This document shows positions 29,722 to 40,776 of a stretch of DNA of 64,000 bases, one piece after another. The DNA comes from an uncultured virus (IMG/VR IMGVR_UViG_3300037400_001251) (taxonomy: Duplodnaviria; Heunggongvirae; Uroviricota; Caudoviricetes), in the IMG/VR virus record IMGVR_UViG_3300037400_001251; one strand, 5' to 3'. Position 1 is the stretch's first letter; the number at the start of each line of letters is the position of its first letter. Made by a program: the position numbers and the translations under genes. The notes beneath the pieces are model-generated. The model made no database searches and had not been told where the DNA came from. It saw nothing but the letters and a program-made list of their open reading frames with translations.

Positions 29722-30655
29722 TCCTAAAGAAGTTATAGAGAATATCGTTCTTGATTTTAATCGTTATGTAGATGACTTTGACACTAGTCTTGTAGATGAA
29801 GAATTTATAAGATTAGATGCCTTAGAAAAGTTAAGCAAGCTATATAATGCAACTAGAAATGTTGTACTGTGTAAAGACTTTATAGTTTACTTTCTTAATT
29901 ATCTCATCGATTTAAAATACAACGAACACTTAAAGATATTCTATAAGAAAGATAACTTAACTTCTAATCAGATAGTAGATAAGATTACTCATAATGTTAC
30001 TAATAGAAAATTAGATTATCATTGCTTTAATGATGAGATAAATTCTATTGAGTATAACCCTAAATTAGAAAAATGGGATTCTATTTGGTTAACTGATATA
30101 CCAGAAAGAGTAATTATAAATCTACTGTCTAATAATAATATCACAACTAATAGAATTATTGGTATGGCTAATATTAGTAATTATCGTAGGCTAAAAGATT
30201 ATAATGATATCTTAGATGGATTTAATTATTTAAGGAAACATAAAGATTATGAACCTATAGCTTATTTGGTAAGAAGAGACTTTGGTAGAAATGTTACTAA
30301 ATATGAATATGCCAATGTCAAATCTAATAATGAATTTAATATTGGTTATACTAACGATTTTAAAGATAGGATAGATTCTATTAAACATGAAGCAATTCAT
30401 TCTAAATATTATCATACTGAAAGATTTAGTTTGATAAATATGATATATAAACTAAGTCCAGAAGGTCACGAAAATTTCTATAGAACGATATATACATCTG
30501 CTATAGAAAATAATGTTAGAATGAATCTATATAATAATCGTAGGTTAATTCTTATGAATCAAGTAATGAAAAATAGAAGGAGTAATAAGTTATTATGCAG
30601 ACAGATTATAAATTCTCTAGAACCGAAAGGGTTCAGCGTGCGGAAGTTCAAGTAA
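29714..30655 (+). CDS. hypothetical protein, weak GIY-YIG-like segment
   Basis: IAYLV...NIGYTNDFKDRI. Confidence 0.35.
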   Translation: MTSPKEVIENIVLDFNRYVDDFDTSLVDEEFIRLDALEKLSKLYNATRNVVLCKDFIVYFLNYLIDLKYNEHLKIFYKKDNLTSNQIVDKITHNVTNRKLDYHCFNDEINSIEYNPKLEKWDSIWLTDIPERVIINLLSNNNITTNRIIGMANISNYRRLKDYNDILDGFNYLRKHKDYEPIAYLVRRDFGRNVTKYEYANVKSNNEFNIGYTNDFKDRIDSIKHEAIHSKYYHTERFSLINMIYKLSPEGHENFYRTIYTSAIENNVRMNLYNNRRLILMNQVMKNRRSNKLLCRQIINSLEPKGFSVRKFK

Positions 30656-31311
30656 TACTAACAGAATTCTTTGATAAGAAGTTCGAAGAATTTTTAAAAG
30701 ATAAAGTATTATTTTTCGTAAGTAACGAGTTATCTAATAATGGGACAATACTAGATTTAGAATTTAATTTTGATAAAGAAGAATCTGAAGAACCTAATTC
30801 TGAAGTAATGAGAGCCAAAGGCTATTTAGAAGAAATCTTTGGTCCAGAAAGTTTTAATTTAGAAATGACACCTAAAGGCTGTAGATTAATTAGTAACTTT
30901 TTCTATGGTAAGATTAATACTATGGATAAGACTAAATCATTATTGAAACCTGTATTAGGTAGAATGAGAAATCTAGATTTAGATTTATCTTTTACAAGTC
31001 AACCTATTCCTAGAGTAGGGTTTGACCCAGATAAAGGTTTCTTATATAGTCCATCAGATGAAACTACAGAAAAATTAAGAAATGGATTATTCGGACAATC
31101 TACATCTTATTTAGATGAAGAATATTGGAAAGATTATATTGTTCATAATCTAATACCAGTTAATGGAAATAGAATGTCTATTAATGAGTTATTTAAAAAG
31201 TTATCATTAGTAGATAAATTATTAGCTGGCGAAATCTTAGATGAAGAAGAATTGAAAGAAAAGGAAGCAAAAGGTGGAACAGAAACAGAATCTAAACCAG
31301 CAGAATCCTGA
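30595..31311 (+). CDS. hypothetical protein
   Basis: 238-aa ORF with AAGGAG RBS. Confidence 0.55.
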   Translation: MQTDYKFSRTERVQRAEVQVILTEFFDKKFEEFLKDKVLFFVSNELSNNGTILDLEFNFDKEESEEPNSEVMRAKGYLEEIFGPESFNLEMTPKGCRLISNFFYGKINTMDKTKSLLKPVLGRMRNLDLDLSFTSQPIPRVGFDPDKGFLYSPSDETTEKLRNGLFGQSTSYLDEEYWKDYIVHNLIPVNGNRMSINELFKKLSLVDKLLAGEILDEEELKEKEAKGGTETESKPAES

Positions 31312-33064
31312 GTTAGAGTATAATGCTATTGAAGGATTGACTGAGGCTAAATGGGTTCAACATAGAGCTAGTAACTTTATAGGAACCACTCAGCATCCTA
31401 CTCACTTATTTGAAGAGGCATTTGATAATGCTTTAGATGAAGCACAAGCAGGATTCGCTAACAAGATAGATATCACTTTTAAAAATGGTATCTGTAAGGT
31501 AGTAGATAATGGAAGAGGTATGCCTGTTGATAAAGATGAAAAGACAGGTTTACCTTTTCCTGTTTTAGCATGTACTAAATTAGGAACGTCTGGAAAATTT
31601 AACCTTAAGGTTAAAGCGTATAAGAATAGTTCTGGTACTCATGGTATTGGCATTACTGCAGTTACATTTCTAAGTGATTTTACAGTATTAAGAACTCATA
31701 GAAATGGCAAAGCTTATGAATATGTGTTTACTACTGATTTTAATACTGGTATAGTTAATACCTTAGAAAAACCTGTAGTAGAAAGTAATGATAAAGGAAC
31801 TATTATATGCTTTAAACCTAGTGCTAAGATATTTAAGTCTACTGAGTTTCTTTATGATTATATCAAGGATAGAGTTAAACTATGCAAGATGTTAATAGAT
31901 GCTGATATTACATTAAAAATAGATGATAATATCATTTCTATTGATGGTAATAGAGAAACATTATTAGGTAATTTCTTTGAAGAATGTATTGGTAAAGATA
32001 CATATTATTCTGAGTGTAATAATAATGGTGAAATATTGAGAGTATGGTTCTATTATGATTTAGAAAAGAATGATACTAAATTTAAAGGTAGTGTAAATCT
32101 ATTACCAGTACATACAGGTACTCATATCAAATATGTGAAGAAGATAATACCTGAAGTATTAGAAAACTTTATGCCTAAGAACAAGTTAACTAAGAATGAT
32201 ATGTTATTAGGCCTAAGATGTTTCGTAAGTGCAGAAATAGCAGAAAGAGATTTTGGTAGTCAAACCAAAGGTGAATTAGTTAATGATATAGAATACTTTG
32301 ATAAGTTTACTACATTATTAAAGATATCATTAAATAAGACTATTAATGAACAAGTAGATGTTCAAGCTCTTTATGATAAGTTTATAGCTTATAAGACATC
32401 TTTAGAAATTAAACAAGTTACTAAGAAGATAAAGAAAAGAAGATATACTAGTAACTTATTAGATTGTAGTAAATATGATAACTCTACATTATTCATAGTT
32501 GAAGGAGAATCAGCAGCTGGTTCATTAATTAAATGCAGAGATAGAAATAAGCATGCTGTATATACTTTAACAGGTAAGTCTATGCCTAATGTAGAAACTA
32601 ATAGTGGTGCTAAGATAATGTCTAATAAGACAGTGTTAGATCTATTTAATGTTTTAAGTAAAGATAATGACTTAAAACCAATAGACGATACATCTAAAGT
32701 TAGATATGATTACATTAGTATTACTACAGACCCAGATGTTGATGGGTATCACATTAGTAGAATGATGTTATTATTCTTCAATAGATTCTTTCCTAAATTA
32801 ATAGAAGAGGGAAGAATTATATTAAGTCAGATACCACTATATGGATATTACGATAAAAAGAAATTCATTGGTGTATATGATTTAAATGAAGCAAAGACAA
32901 TGCTAGCTAATGGAAAGAAACTAATGCGTCATAAAGGGCTAGGCGAATTTGACCCTGATGAATTAGAAGTTATATTATTCCATGAAGCTAGATATATTGT
33001 AGTTACTAAAGAATTGATAGAAGATATGAAAGGACAAGAAAATGAAAGTAGTTTATCAATGTGA
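31274..33064 (+). CDS. gyrB: type II DNA topoisomerase, ATPase/TOPRIM subunit (GyrB/ParE-like)
   Basis: EAFDNALDE, DNGRGMP, GTHGIG, FGSQTK, VEGESA, TDPDVDGYHI, HKGLGE. Confidence 0.92.
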   Translation: MEQKQNLNQQNPELEYNAIEGLTEAKWVQHRASNFIGTTQHPTHLFEEAFDNALDEAQAGFANKIDITFKNGICKVVDNGRGMPVDKDEKTGLPFPVLACTKLGTSGKFNLKVKAYKNSSGTHGIGITAVTFLSDFTVLRTHRNGKAYEYVFTTDFNTGIVNTLEKPVVESNDKGTIICFKPSAKIFKSTEFLYDYIKDRVKLCKMLIDADITLKIDDNIISIDGNRETLLGNFFEECIGKDTYYSECNNNGEILRVWFYYDLEKNDTKFKGSVNLLPVHTGTHIKYVKKIIPEVLENFMPKNKLTKNDMLLGLRCFVSAEIAERDFGSQTKGELVNDIEYFDKFTTLLKISLNKTINEQVDVQALYDKFIAYKTSLEIKQVTKKIKKRRYTSNLLDCSKYDNSTLFIVEGESAAGSLIKCRDRNKHAVYTLTGKSMPNVETNSGAKIMSNKTVLDLFNVLSKDNDLKPIDDTSKVRYDYISITTDPDVDGYHISRMMLLFFNRFFPKLIEEGRIILSQIPLYGYYDKKKFIGVYDLNEAKTMLANGKKLMRHKGLGEFDPDELEVILFHEARYIVVTKELIEDMKGQENESSLSM

Positions 33065-33323
33065 TTTATGCCAAAAAACATTTGAGAATAGGCAAGAATG
33101 CCTACGGCATGAAGTTGAACACATAGGGTCTGTTGAAGAAACTTTAAGAACTATACAAAAGTATTGCTGTTCCAAACCTAAGTGTTATGACAAAGTTGAT
33201 TTAGTTCCTCTTTGCCCATTCTGCCATATAGATCGTGAAAATGACGTTGAATCACATTGTCTATTACAAGCAAAACCTCAAGATTGGAATATTGCAAAAA
33301 TGTTTGGAAAGAACAGATCTTAA
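33042..33323 (+). CDS. small Cys-rich Zn-binding protein
   Basis: C2H2-like CDLC..H plus IQKYC..CPF..C..PQDW. Confidence 0.55.
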   Translation: MKVVYQCDLCQKTFENRQECLRHEVEHIGSVEETLRTIQKYCCSKPKCYDKVDLVPLCPFCHIDRENDVESHCLLQAKPQDWNIAKMFGKNRS

Positions 33324-33358
33324 ACTATAAACTTAACTTTGAAAGGACATTACTTATA

Positions 33359-35800
33359 ATGATTAATAACGAACTTCAACAAGCAACTGAAACTAATATT
33401 ACTGAAGGATTAAATTCTTTTCAGATTAAAGCTACACCTGAAATGTTTGATATGCTATCTAAAAGAATTTATACTAATGAAAAGTTAGCTATAATAAGAG
33501 AGTTAACCACAAATGGTATAGATTCTATGATAGAAGCCAATACTATTAATACTAAGAAACTATTAGTTCATCTACCTGATTGGGGAGATCCTGAATTAAG
33601 AATAAGAGATTTTGGAACAGGATTAGATGATGATGGAATGAAAAGAGTTTACACTTATGGTGATACTAGTAGAAATAATACTAATAAGTACGTAGGCTCT
33701 TTTGGTATTGGCTCTAAATCTCCTTTTGCCTATGGTGATAGTGGATTTGAAATTATTAGTTTCTATAACCATAGAAAGTTAATTTATAATGCTTTCAAAA
33801 ATAATGGTATTCCTCAAATTATTAAATTAGGTGAGGAAGAAACTAACGAAGAAAATGGTGTAGAAGTCAAGTTATCTATCGAAGAAAAAGACTTCAGTAG
33901 TTTTAGAAAAGAAGCTAAGAAATTCTATGCTTGGTTTAATCATTTAGTAGATATTAATCTAACTGAATGTGAATGGGACAAAGATGAATACACTTATCAA
34001 AAAGATAAGATATTAGATAAACCTGATTATACATTATATACAAAAGATTGTTCTCTATTTAGTTATACTACAGATTGTAAAGTTTATATGGGTGGTATAT
34101 TATATGAATTGCCATCTATGTTTAGAAATGTAGTGACTGATAATGTATTATCTAATGCATCTGTAGTATTAAAGGTACCTGTCGGAACATTTACATTACC
34201 GCCATCTAGAGAACAGATATCTGGTACTGATGCCAATAAGGCTAAGCTAATTGAGTTATTAACTAATGTTAGATCTGATATGTTTGATAGTTTCTTTGCC
34301 GAAGATGTTAAGAACATCGAAGATAATAATATGTCTAATAATGAAATAGTTGCTTACTTTATGGCAGATGAATATAAGAGAGCTAAGGTATTATGGTTGA
34401 ATGATAGTCTGTATGGTTATGATAAAACCTATGCAGAAATTAGAAGTCATTATATTAATAAGATCAAAACTAAATATCCATTCTTTGAAGATTATGTAGA
34501 TTTCTATAGGTCTATTTATAAGAATACTGAAAAAGTAAATATACCTGGTACTACTTATTATATAGAATGGTGTTTACCTAAAATACCTGGTAGTAGAGTT
34601 CAAAATGTTACTACTTATAAATGGGCACAGAATTGGGGCACTGTATTCTTCTTAAGAGATTCATTAAAGATCCAATGGGAAAAGTTCTTAGAACATTATC
34701 CTAGATATGCCAGATTCTTTAGTTGCGAATTATATGACAAGCAACTAGATTATAAGACAATGAATGAACAATTAAATAAGCATAAAGATGACCCCAATTA
34801 TAAGCAACCAGATATCTGGTGTTATAATCCTGTTCAATTAAGGAAAGTAGAACCTGATGTCATTAAGAAGATAAAAGAATTAGTAGTAACTACTTTTGGT
34901 ATGAGGGAAGATCAAATAATTACATCTTCAGATATCAATGTAAGATTTCCTATACCTAAAAATACAGTTCTAACTAAAAGAAGTAATGGCTATGAAAGAG
35001 ATAAGGTAGTAGATACTACATTATTAGCTAAAAGGTTTAGTACTGAATTAGCTCATAGAGATAGTTATTTTGAAACTCACAAGGCTAGTGAATTGAGTAA
35101 TAACTTTACTTATATCTATGAAGGTGATTCTAAAGATGCTGAATTAGATTTAGGTAGTGCTATATTCAATGTATTAGGATATATCAAAAGAAAACTATTT
35201 GATGATAATAAGGTATCTTCTTATTCACCTGAAGTTACTATATACTTAGTTCATAAAAGATTTGAGAAAAAGATACCTAAAGATATAATAGATATTAAGA
35301 AATATGTCGAAGACTTTCTCAATAACTATGAAGTAGATATATTAACTGACGATGGTTATAATGATGGTTCTGAATATTCTTTCCAAGATTCTTATAGATT
35401 AAAGAATAGTTTCCCAATCTATAAATATTATAATTTCTATACAGATAGAGTTAAAGGTAAATTAAATCAAAATGAAATAGCTATCTTTAAATTAGCTAAG
35501 ATATTAGATGAACATCCTAAAGAAATAGAATTCTTAAATATGTACTTCTATAAAGGATTCTATGCTCATTTAAAAACTGTATTACGTAGATATGATATAG
35601 ATGAGAAACTTGTAAGATTAAAGAAATGGGTATTCGATGATTTAGAAAAATATAAACAAGAACATCCTATAACTGTAAGAGAATTTGAAAATGGAATATG
35701 GGATAACTACGATCCATATTTAGAATTACTAGCTTATGAAAAATTAGATGAATCTGGTATTCTAGTTCCATTTAATAACAAGTTTGGTAAAACTTACTAA
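33359..35800 (+). CDS. rIIA: RIIA-like protein (GHKL ATPase N-terminus)
   Basis: LSKRIYTNEKLAIIRELTTNGIDS, IRDFGTGL, GSFGIGSKSPFAY, PPSRE; start moved to the ATG after TTTGAAAGGA. Confidence 0.85.
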   Translation: MINNELQQATETNITEGLNSFQIKATPEMFDMLSKRIYTNEKLAIIRELTTNGIDSMIEANTINTKKLLVHLPDWGDPELRIRDFGTGLDDDGMKRVYTYGDTSRNNTNKYVGSFGIGSKSPFAYGDSGFEIISFYNHRKLIYNAFKNNGIPQIIKLGEEETNEENGVEVKLSIEEKDFSSFRKEAKKFYAWFNHLVDINLTECEWDKDEYTYQKDKILDKPDYTLYTKDCSLFSYTTDCKVYMGGILYELPSMFRNVVTDNVLSNASVVLKVPVGTFTLPPSREQISGTDANKAKLIELLTNVRSDMFDSFFAEDVKNIEDNNMSNNEIVAYFMADEYKRAKVLWLNDSLYGYDKTYAEIRSHYINKIKTKYPFFEDYVDFYRSIYKNTEKVNIPGTTYYIEWCLPKIPGSRVQNVTTYKWAQNWGTVFFLRDSLKIQWEKFLEHYPRYARFFSCELYDKQLDYKTMNEQLNKHKDDPNYKQPDIWCYNPVQLRKVEPDVIKKIKELVVTTFGMREDQIITSSDINVRFPIPKNTVLTKRSNGYERDKVVDTTLLAKRFSTELAHRDSYFETHKASELSNNFTYIYEGDSKDAELDLGSAIFNVLGYIKRKLFDDNKVSSYSPEVTIYLVHKRFEKKIPKDIIDIKKYVEDFLNNYEVDILTDDGYNDGSEYSFQDSYRLKNSFPIYKYYNFYTDRVKGKLNQNEIAIFKLAKILDEHPKEIEFLNMYFYKGFYAHLKTVLRRYDIDEKLVRLKKWVFDDLEKYKQEHPITVREFENGIWDNYDPYLELLAYEKLDESGILVPFNNKFGKTY

Positions 35801-35815
35801 GAAGGAAGTATTTAA

Positions 35816-36298
35816 ATGGTTCTATTAATTAGAGATACAGATATTAGTAGATATTTTACCTTAAAAGGAATACCTAATGTAGAACCTATATACGAAGAGA
35901 AGATAGATTCTAATAATACATTAGTAATTGATTCTTCTTTTAAATATGATATAACTTTATCATTTAAAGATTATATCTTTGGTATATATAAGATAATCAA
36001 TAACTATACATTAGGTAAACGAGATAAGATATTTAGTTATAATACTGAGTTTTATAAGAAACCATTTGATAAAGATACCTATAAAGATTTGGTAATATGT
36101 CTTAGAAAAGATAATTATAAAAAAGTCCATGTTCCTAACATTAGTAGTGATGGTAGAATAAGAATATCACAGTTAAGAATAGAAGATGTAGGACCTAATA
36201 TAATTGATTGGAATGCTAAGATAAAAGATTATGAAAAACTTAGAATTACAATATTTAACGAGACTATATTACCATACGTAAAAAGATTAATACTTTGA
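35816..36298 (+). CDS. hypothetical protein
   Basis: 160-aa ORF with RBS. Confidence 0.55.
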   Translation: MVLLIRDTDISRYFTLKGIPNVEPIYEEKIDSNNTLVIDSSFKYDITLSFKDYIFGIYKIINNYTLGKRDKIFSYNTEFYKKPFDKDTYKDLVICLRKDNYKKVHVPNISSDGRIRISQLRIEDVGPNIIDWNAKIKDYEKLRITIFNETILPYVKRLIL

Positions 36299-36312
36299 AA
36301 GGACAATTTAAA

Positions 36313-36543
36313 ATGACTAACGAAGAAAAGAAATCACTTATTGGGCGTGGACTTATTAAAGTAGGTTTAGGTTTAATAACTATTCCATTCAATTTTCTAG
36401 CTGGTGGAATTGTATTATACTTAGGCTTAGATGACTTATCAACAATAGACAATAACGGGCATAAAGAAAATCTTACTAGTAGAATTTCTGAAGCCATTAT
36501 GGCTAAGCTAAGATCGAGAAACCAAAAAAATTTGCGTGACTAA
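36313..36543 (+). CDS. small membrane-associated protein
   Basis: Gly-rich hydrophobic segment; TTTGAAAGGA RBS. Confidence 0.5.
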   Translation: MTNEEKKSLIGRGLIKVGLGLITIPFNFLAGGIVLYLGLDDLSTIDNNGHKENLTSRISEAIMAKLRSRNQKNLRD

Positions 36544-36586
36544 ACTCACCTATTTATGGTGAATCATTGTACGATAAAAATCAAGA

Positions 36587-36640
36587 AAACCCTGCCTCGA
36601 TATAAGACCAAAGTCGTTCGTAGACAGGGTTTCATTTTTC
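36587..36640 (+). terminator. hairpin/terminator-like structure
   Basis: aaaccctg / cagggttt stem with inner gac-caaa-gtc, then T-tract. Confidence 0.55.
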
Positions 36641-36695
36641 GATGTTTTAAAAATAGATTTACAAAACTTTAACTTCTTGAAAGGACAATCTTAAA

Positions 36696-37277
36696 ATGAC
36701 TTTAGAATTAGGTACTATCAATATTAATAGTGGTTATATGTATGTTACTGACCCATGTTATGACACAGATGTATGGTGTTGTAATAAGATAAAAGTTAAG
36801 CCTGGTAAATGGGTTGTAACTGAATTAGGATCTGATAATAGTAGAGATAGAGGTGATTGCTTACAAGCAGTCCATGAAGATTATATTAATAGAAAGTATC
36901 ATCACGAAAGAGCTAACTTTTCTGTAGGTGTAGATAGCGGTACTGTAAGTTTTGCAGATTCTAAATTCTATGAAGAAAAGCACAAAGACGAAGCTACTAA
37001 AGAAGAATGGTGGCAGAATGATGTATGTGCTGAATTAATTATAGAAGATAATGAAGAACATAGATGTTATACAGATACGTATAAGAGAAATGAAATGGTA
37101 GCTAGATCTACTAAATGGGGAGATGGAGATTACCCATGCTATATAGGTAAGAATGAACAAGGTGAAACAGTAGCTTGCTATATAGAACATGGTGAGTCTG
37201 AAAATGAAGACGTAGATTATGAATACGATGATGATATTGATTACGAAGAAGAAGTTGAATTAGATGAAGAATACTAA
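36696..37277 (+). CDS. DUF4241-like protein with acidic tail
   Basis: VTDPCY, GVDSG, WGDGDYPCY. Confidence 0.55.
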   Translation: MTLELGTININSGYMYVTDPCYDTDVWCCNKIKVKPGKWVVTELGSDNSRDRGDCLQAVHEDYINRKYHHERANFSVGVDSGTVSFADSKFYEEKHKDEATKEEWWQNDVCAELIIEDNEEHRCYTDTYKRNEMVARSTKWGDGDYPCYIGKNEQGETVACYIEHGESENEDVDYEYDDDIDYEEEVELDEEY

Positions 37278-37290
37278 GGAGAAAAATGAA

Positions 37291-37671
37291 ATGAATAATT
37301 ATATACTAACTGATAGTTTTAACTGGGCTGATGAAATAGATTTCTCAGGATTTATCGTAGTCACTGAAGATACGCTTAATAAGTTGAGAAAGTATCTTAA
37401 CAGTAAACGTGGAGAAACTGAAACATTTTATATAGGTACTAATGAAGAAGTAGAATGCGATATTGATGAATATGCTGATTATCTTGAAGATATAGAACCA
37501 ATTGATTCTAAAGAACTTGAAATAATAGAAAAGCATCTTGGTTCATCAATAGGTGAAACTTTATGGGAAAGACTTATTGACAATATGGAATATGAGTCTG
37601 ATGAAAATGAAGAAGAAGACGATGACGATATTGAAGATGAAGAAGATGAACTAGATGAGGAGGAAGAATAA
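37291..37671 (+). CDS. acidic hypothetical protein
   Basis: NWADEIDF..IGTNEE; D/E tail; AAGGAG RBS. Confidence 0.55.
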   Translation: MNNYILTDSFNWADEIDFSGFIVVTEDTLNKLRKYLNSKRGETETFYIGTNEEVECDIDEYADYLEDIEPIDSKELEIIEKHLGSSIGETLWERLIDNMEYESDENEEEDDDDIEDEEDELDEEEE

Positions 37672-37673
37672 TT

Positions 37674-38006
37674 ATGGCTAAGAGTGAAACTGAAGTAATT
37701 AATGAATTAAGATTAATACTAGAATCTGTTCAGAAACAGATAGATGAATCATATGAATGGGCCTATCAATGGTGTGATGAAGACTTATTCATAGAATATG
37801 TACTTCATGATATTGATGACAAGTATTATGATAAATGTCAGAAGTTCTTCGTCAGACATTTTGATGAAATATGTATTATCATTAATATGCTGACAGGCAT
37901 ATCTGTAAATGAAATAGATGGACATAAGTATTTCTTATTTGGTAGATGCACTGAAGAACAGGTAAGAGATGAACTTAAAGAGATGATGTATGGAGAAAAT
38001 GAATAA
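37674..38006 (+). CDS. hypothetical protein
   Basis: 110-aa ORF. Confidence 0.55.
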   Translation: MAKSETEVINELRLILESVQKQIDESYEWAYQWCDEDLFIEYVLHDIDDKYYDKCQKFFVRHFDEICIIINMLTGISVNEIDGHKYFLFGRCTEEQVRDELKEMMYGENE

Positions 38007-38440
38007 TGTTACCTCAAGATATAATAGAAAATGAAGAAGAATTCTTAAAATGGTATAATGCTAGTATTACAGATAAAGATAGAAAAGAAATACTAGTTCA
38101 ATACTATCTAACTAATGGAGATTTACCAACATCAATATTATTCAAATGGTGGAGAAACGCTGTAAAAGATGAGACAATATCTAAGGGACAAGAAAGTGGA
38201 GAATTTGATGTTAAGATAGATAATATCTATTTTAAAATACATTTCTGTTTTCTTAATGATAATCAATTACATCTTGATGTAGTCTCTACATTTACTAATG
38301 TAGTCAATACTTCAGAGACAGGCATTCTTCTAAGAGAAAAGGTTAGAGACCTCGAAGAATACAAGAATGTCTTTTCAGAAGATCTAATTCAGGAGTTATA
38401 TAATAGTATAGAGTATGCTGTCAAGAAAGGACATATCTAA
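38006..38440 (+). CDS. hypothetical protein
   Basis: 144-aa ORF, TAATG coupling. Confidence 0.55.
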   Translation: MLPQDIIENEEEFLKWYNASITDKDRKEILVQYYLTNGDLPTSILFKWWRNAVKDETISKGQESGEFDVKIDNIYFKIHFCFLNDNQLHLDVVSTFTNVVNTSETGILLREKVRDLEEYKNVFSEDLIQELYNSIEYAVKKGHI

Positions 38441-39738
38441 TGTACTATTCATATACACCTAGATATGATGAGATTGATTATATCTATCAAAAGTATTTAC
38501 AGAATTATCCTAATATAAGAATGAATTTCTTTTTAGATGTAAAGAATGGTATTAGTGGTGATTCTACTTTTATAGATGGTATGAGAATGTCATCAATATC
38601 TAATGAGAATAAGGGTCAACATCTAGTAGAATTAGTTACTTGTATTATTAATGTGGTGGCATTCATTAAAACTAGATTGTTAGATATTAGTAATAATGAT
38701 GTTAATCTAATTGATAATAGGGTAAGATTCTTTTTCTTTTGTGAAGTAGGCAAATCTTCATATCATAGAAATATTGATATGGCTTACAAGAGAAATAGAG
38801 GTATTAATGATGTTTTAAATAGAGATTCATTTGAAGTAGACCTTAGAGGAGATATAGTATTTAATGCTATTCAAATATGTAGATCTATTATTAATATGAT
38901 TCCTAACTGTTATTTCTATATGGGAGAATATGCTGAATATGACTTCATTCCATATGTAGTTGCTAAAAGATATTTTAGTAATGATGATTATGGAGTTATA
39001 TTATCTACAGATAAAGATATGTATCAAATGCAATCTTACTTCCCATATAGATTTGAACAACTAGAAAGATTAACCACTAACGCTAAGAATGTTCAATGGC
39101 ATCCAGGTAGAATGTATGTAGATAGTGATAATTATGTTATGAGATTTCTACATACATTATTCAATAAAGCTGGCTTTGAATTAAGTGAAGATGACTCTAA
39201 TTGGATTAAGAATAATTGGTCATTGTTTAGAGCCTTCATGGGTGACAGTGGCGATGGTATTAGTGGTATTAAAGGAATGGGTTTACATACTGTAATGAAA
39301 AATCTAAAAGATTTCAGAAATGTTACATTACCTAGAGAAGTATATAATCATAATGTAGCTCATTTAAATTTTGATAGATTTGATTATAACAATAATAATG
39401 TTATCTTTGATATGGAAAAGGTTAAAACATTATTAGCTATACCTACATTAAAGAATGGTAAACCTGGTAAGACTAAAGTAGCTAAAGTATTACAAGATAC
39501 ATTATCTCCTAAAGGAATAGATAGAATATGTCGTAATTTAGCATTAATGGATTACGAAGTAATGTATGAACGTAGGAAATCTAAAGAACAATTAGATTAT
39601 GATAATGTATATAATAATACTAATAAGTTTAAGAATGAAATTGAGTGTATTAATTTCATTAATAGAACTGGCTTATGGAAACAATACCCTATGTATAAAC
39701 CAAGAATATTTTTAAATAATCTGAAAGGAATAATTTAA
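38440..39738 (+). CDS. 5'-3' exonuclease / T4 RNase H-like flap nuclease
   Basis: YKRNR, EYDFI, STDKDMYQ, MGDSGDGISGIKGMG (H3TH). Confidence 0.8.
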   Translation: MYYSYTPRYDEIDYIYQKYLQNYPNIRMNFFLDVKNGISGDSTFIDGMRMSSISNENKGQHLVELVTCIINVVAFIKTRLLDISNNDVNLIDNRVRFFFFCEVGKSSYHRNIDMAYKRNRGINDVLNRDSFEVDLRGDIVFNAIQICRSIINMIPNCYFYMGEYAEYDFIPYVVAKRYFSNDDYGVILSTDKDMYQMQSYFPYRFEQLERLTTNAKNVQWHPGRMYVDSDNYVMRFLHTLFNKAGFELSEDDSNWIKNNWSLFRAFMGDSGDGISGIKGMGLHTVMKNLKDFRNVTLPREVYNHNVAHLNFDRFDYNNNNVIFDMEKVKTLLAIPTLKNGKPGKTKVAKVLQDTLSPKGIDRICRNLALMDYEVMYERRKSKEQLDYDNVYNNTNKFKNEIECINFINRTGLWKQYPMYKPRIFLNNLKGII

Positions 39739-40728
39739 ATGAACACTATATATGCTGGAATAGGAACAGATCTTTACAAGAAGCTAGATGAATTAAGAAA
39801 AGAACAAGGATACCTTAAAGGTGAACTAGATAAAGTATCTGTAGATAACGTATATTTTGTTGATCCTGGTATACCTGAATACGTAACAGGTATTAATCAT
39901 ATAGAAAGAGTAACTATTGAAGATTTCATTAGAGATATGTTATTAAGAGATTTTACTTTCTTCCTACATGCTGTAATAGAAAGTGATAGGATGATAGAAC
40001 ATATTGATATTGAAACTCTATCATTAATTACTTTACCTATGCTAGTTAAATTAGCTATCAAATGTAATACTTGTGTTAAGTTAACTTATCCTAGTATTAA
40101 GAAAGTTATTGAAAAATATGATGTATTAGGTTTAAATGATTCTCATGAAATGTTATTTGAACATGAATTAATTAATATTGAAACAATAGCTTTCGGAGAG
40201 CATAAAACAATATTAGATTATAATCGAATCGAAAACATCTTAAGAAAACTAGGCCTATATGAACGTCTTAAATTAGAACATCAAAGTAAATCAATAGATA
40301 AAAAGGAATTTTATGAAAGACTTATTATAAAGCAAGCTAATGATAACGATATGTCTAAGATCGAAGCAAATGAATTTGCCTTTACTACTTTAACTAATAT
40401 AGATGATGTACCTGGTATGCAAGATATTAATATAAAAGAATTGCCATTTAAATTAAGTAACTATATATTATACGAATTAGCTAAAGGTGGTAAGTTCAAT
40501 AAGACACCACTTAATTTCTATCTTAGATATCTAGAAGCTGATAAATTGTACTTATTAACTAAGAACGGCTATACTAAAGAAGTATCTGGAGATATGTTAG
40601 ACAAAGATGTGTTAGAAAACATTATGACTAGAGAAGGTCATTTTAGAACTACTACACCACCTAGCATACAATTACTGAATGAAATAGATCCTTTATATGG
40701 ATACTATTCTTTTTCGTTCACAATATAA
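39739..40728 (+). CDS. hypothetical protein
   Basis: 329-aa ORF, GAAAGGA RBS. Confidence 0.55.
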   Translation: MNTIYAGIGTDLYKKLDELRKEQGYLKGELDKVSVDNVYFVDPGIPEYVTGINHIERVTIEDFIRDMLLRDFTFFLHAVIESDRMIEHIDIETLSLITLPMLVKLAIKCNTCVKLTYPSIKKVIEKYDVLGLNDSHEMLFEHELINIETIAFGEHKTILDYNRIENILRKLGLYERLKLEHQSKSIDKKEFYERLIIKQANDNDMSKIEANEFAFTTLTNIDDVPGMQDINIKELPFKLSNYILYELAKGGKFNKTPLNFYLRYLEADKLYLLTKNGYTKEVSGDMLDKDVLENIMTREGHFRTTTPPSIQLLNEIDPLYGYYSFSFTI

Positions 40729-40776
40729 TATTATTTAAGACAACTATATTATAATGTGAAAGGAACATAAACTATT

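Noticed and set aside
29714..30655. Free-standing GIY-YIG homing endonuclease
   Set aside because: Only a weak partial motif; kept as hypothetical
30595..31311. Archaeo-eukaryotic primase-like fold (LDLE, TPKGCR)
   Set aside because: The catalytic His is absent and the similarity is too weak to support by eye
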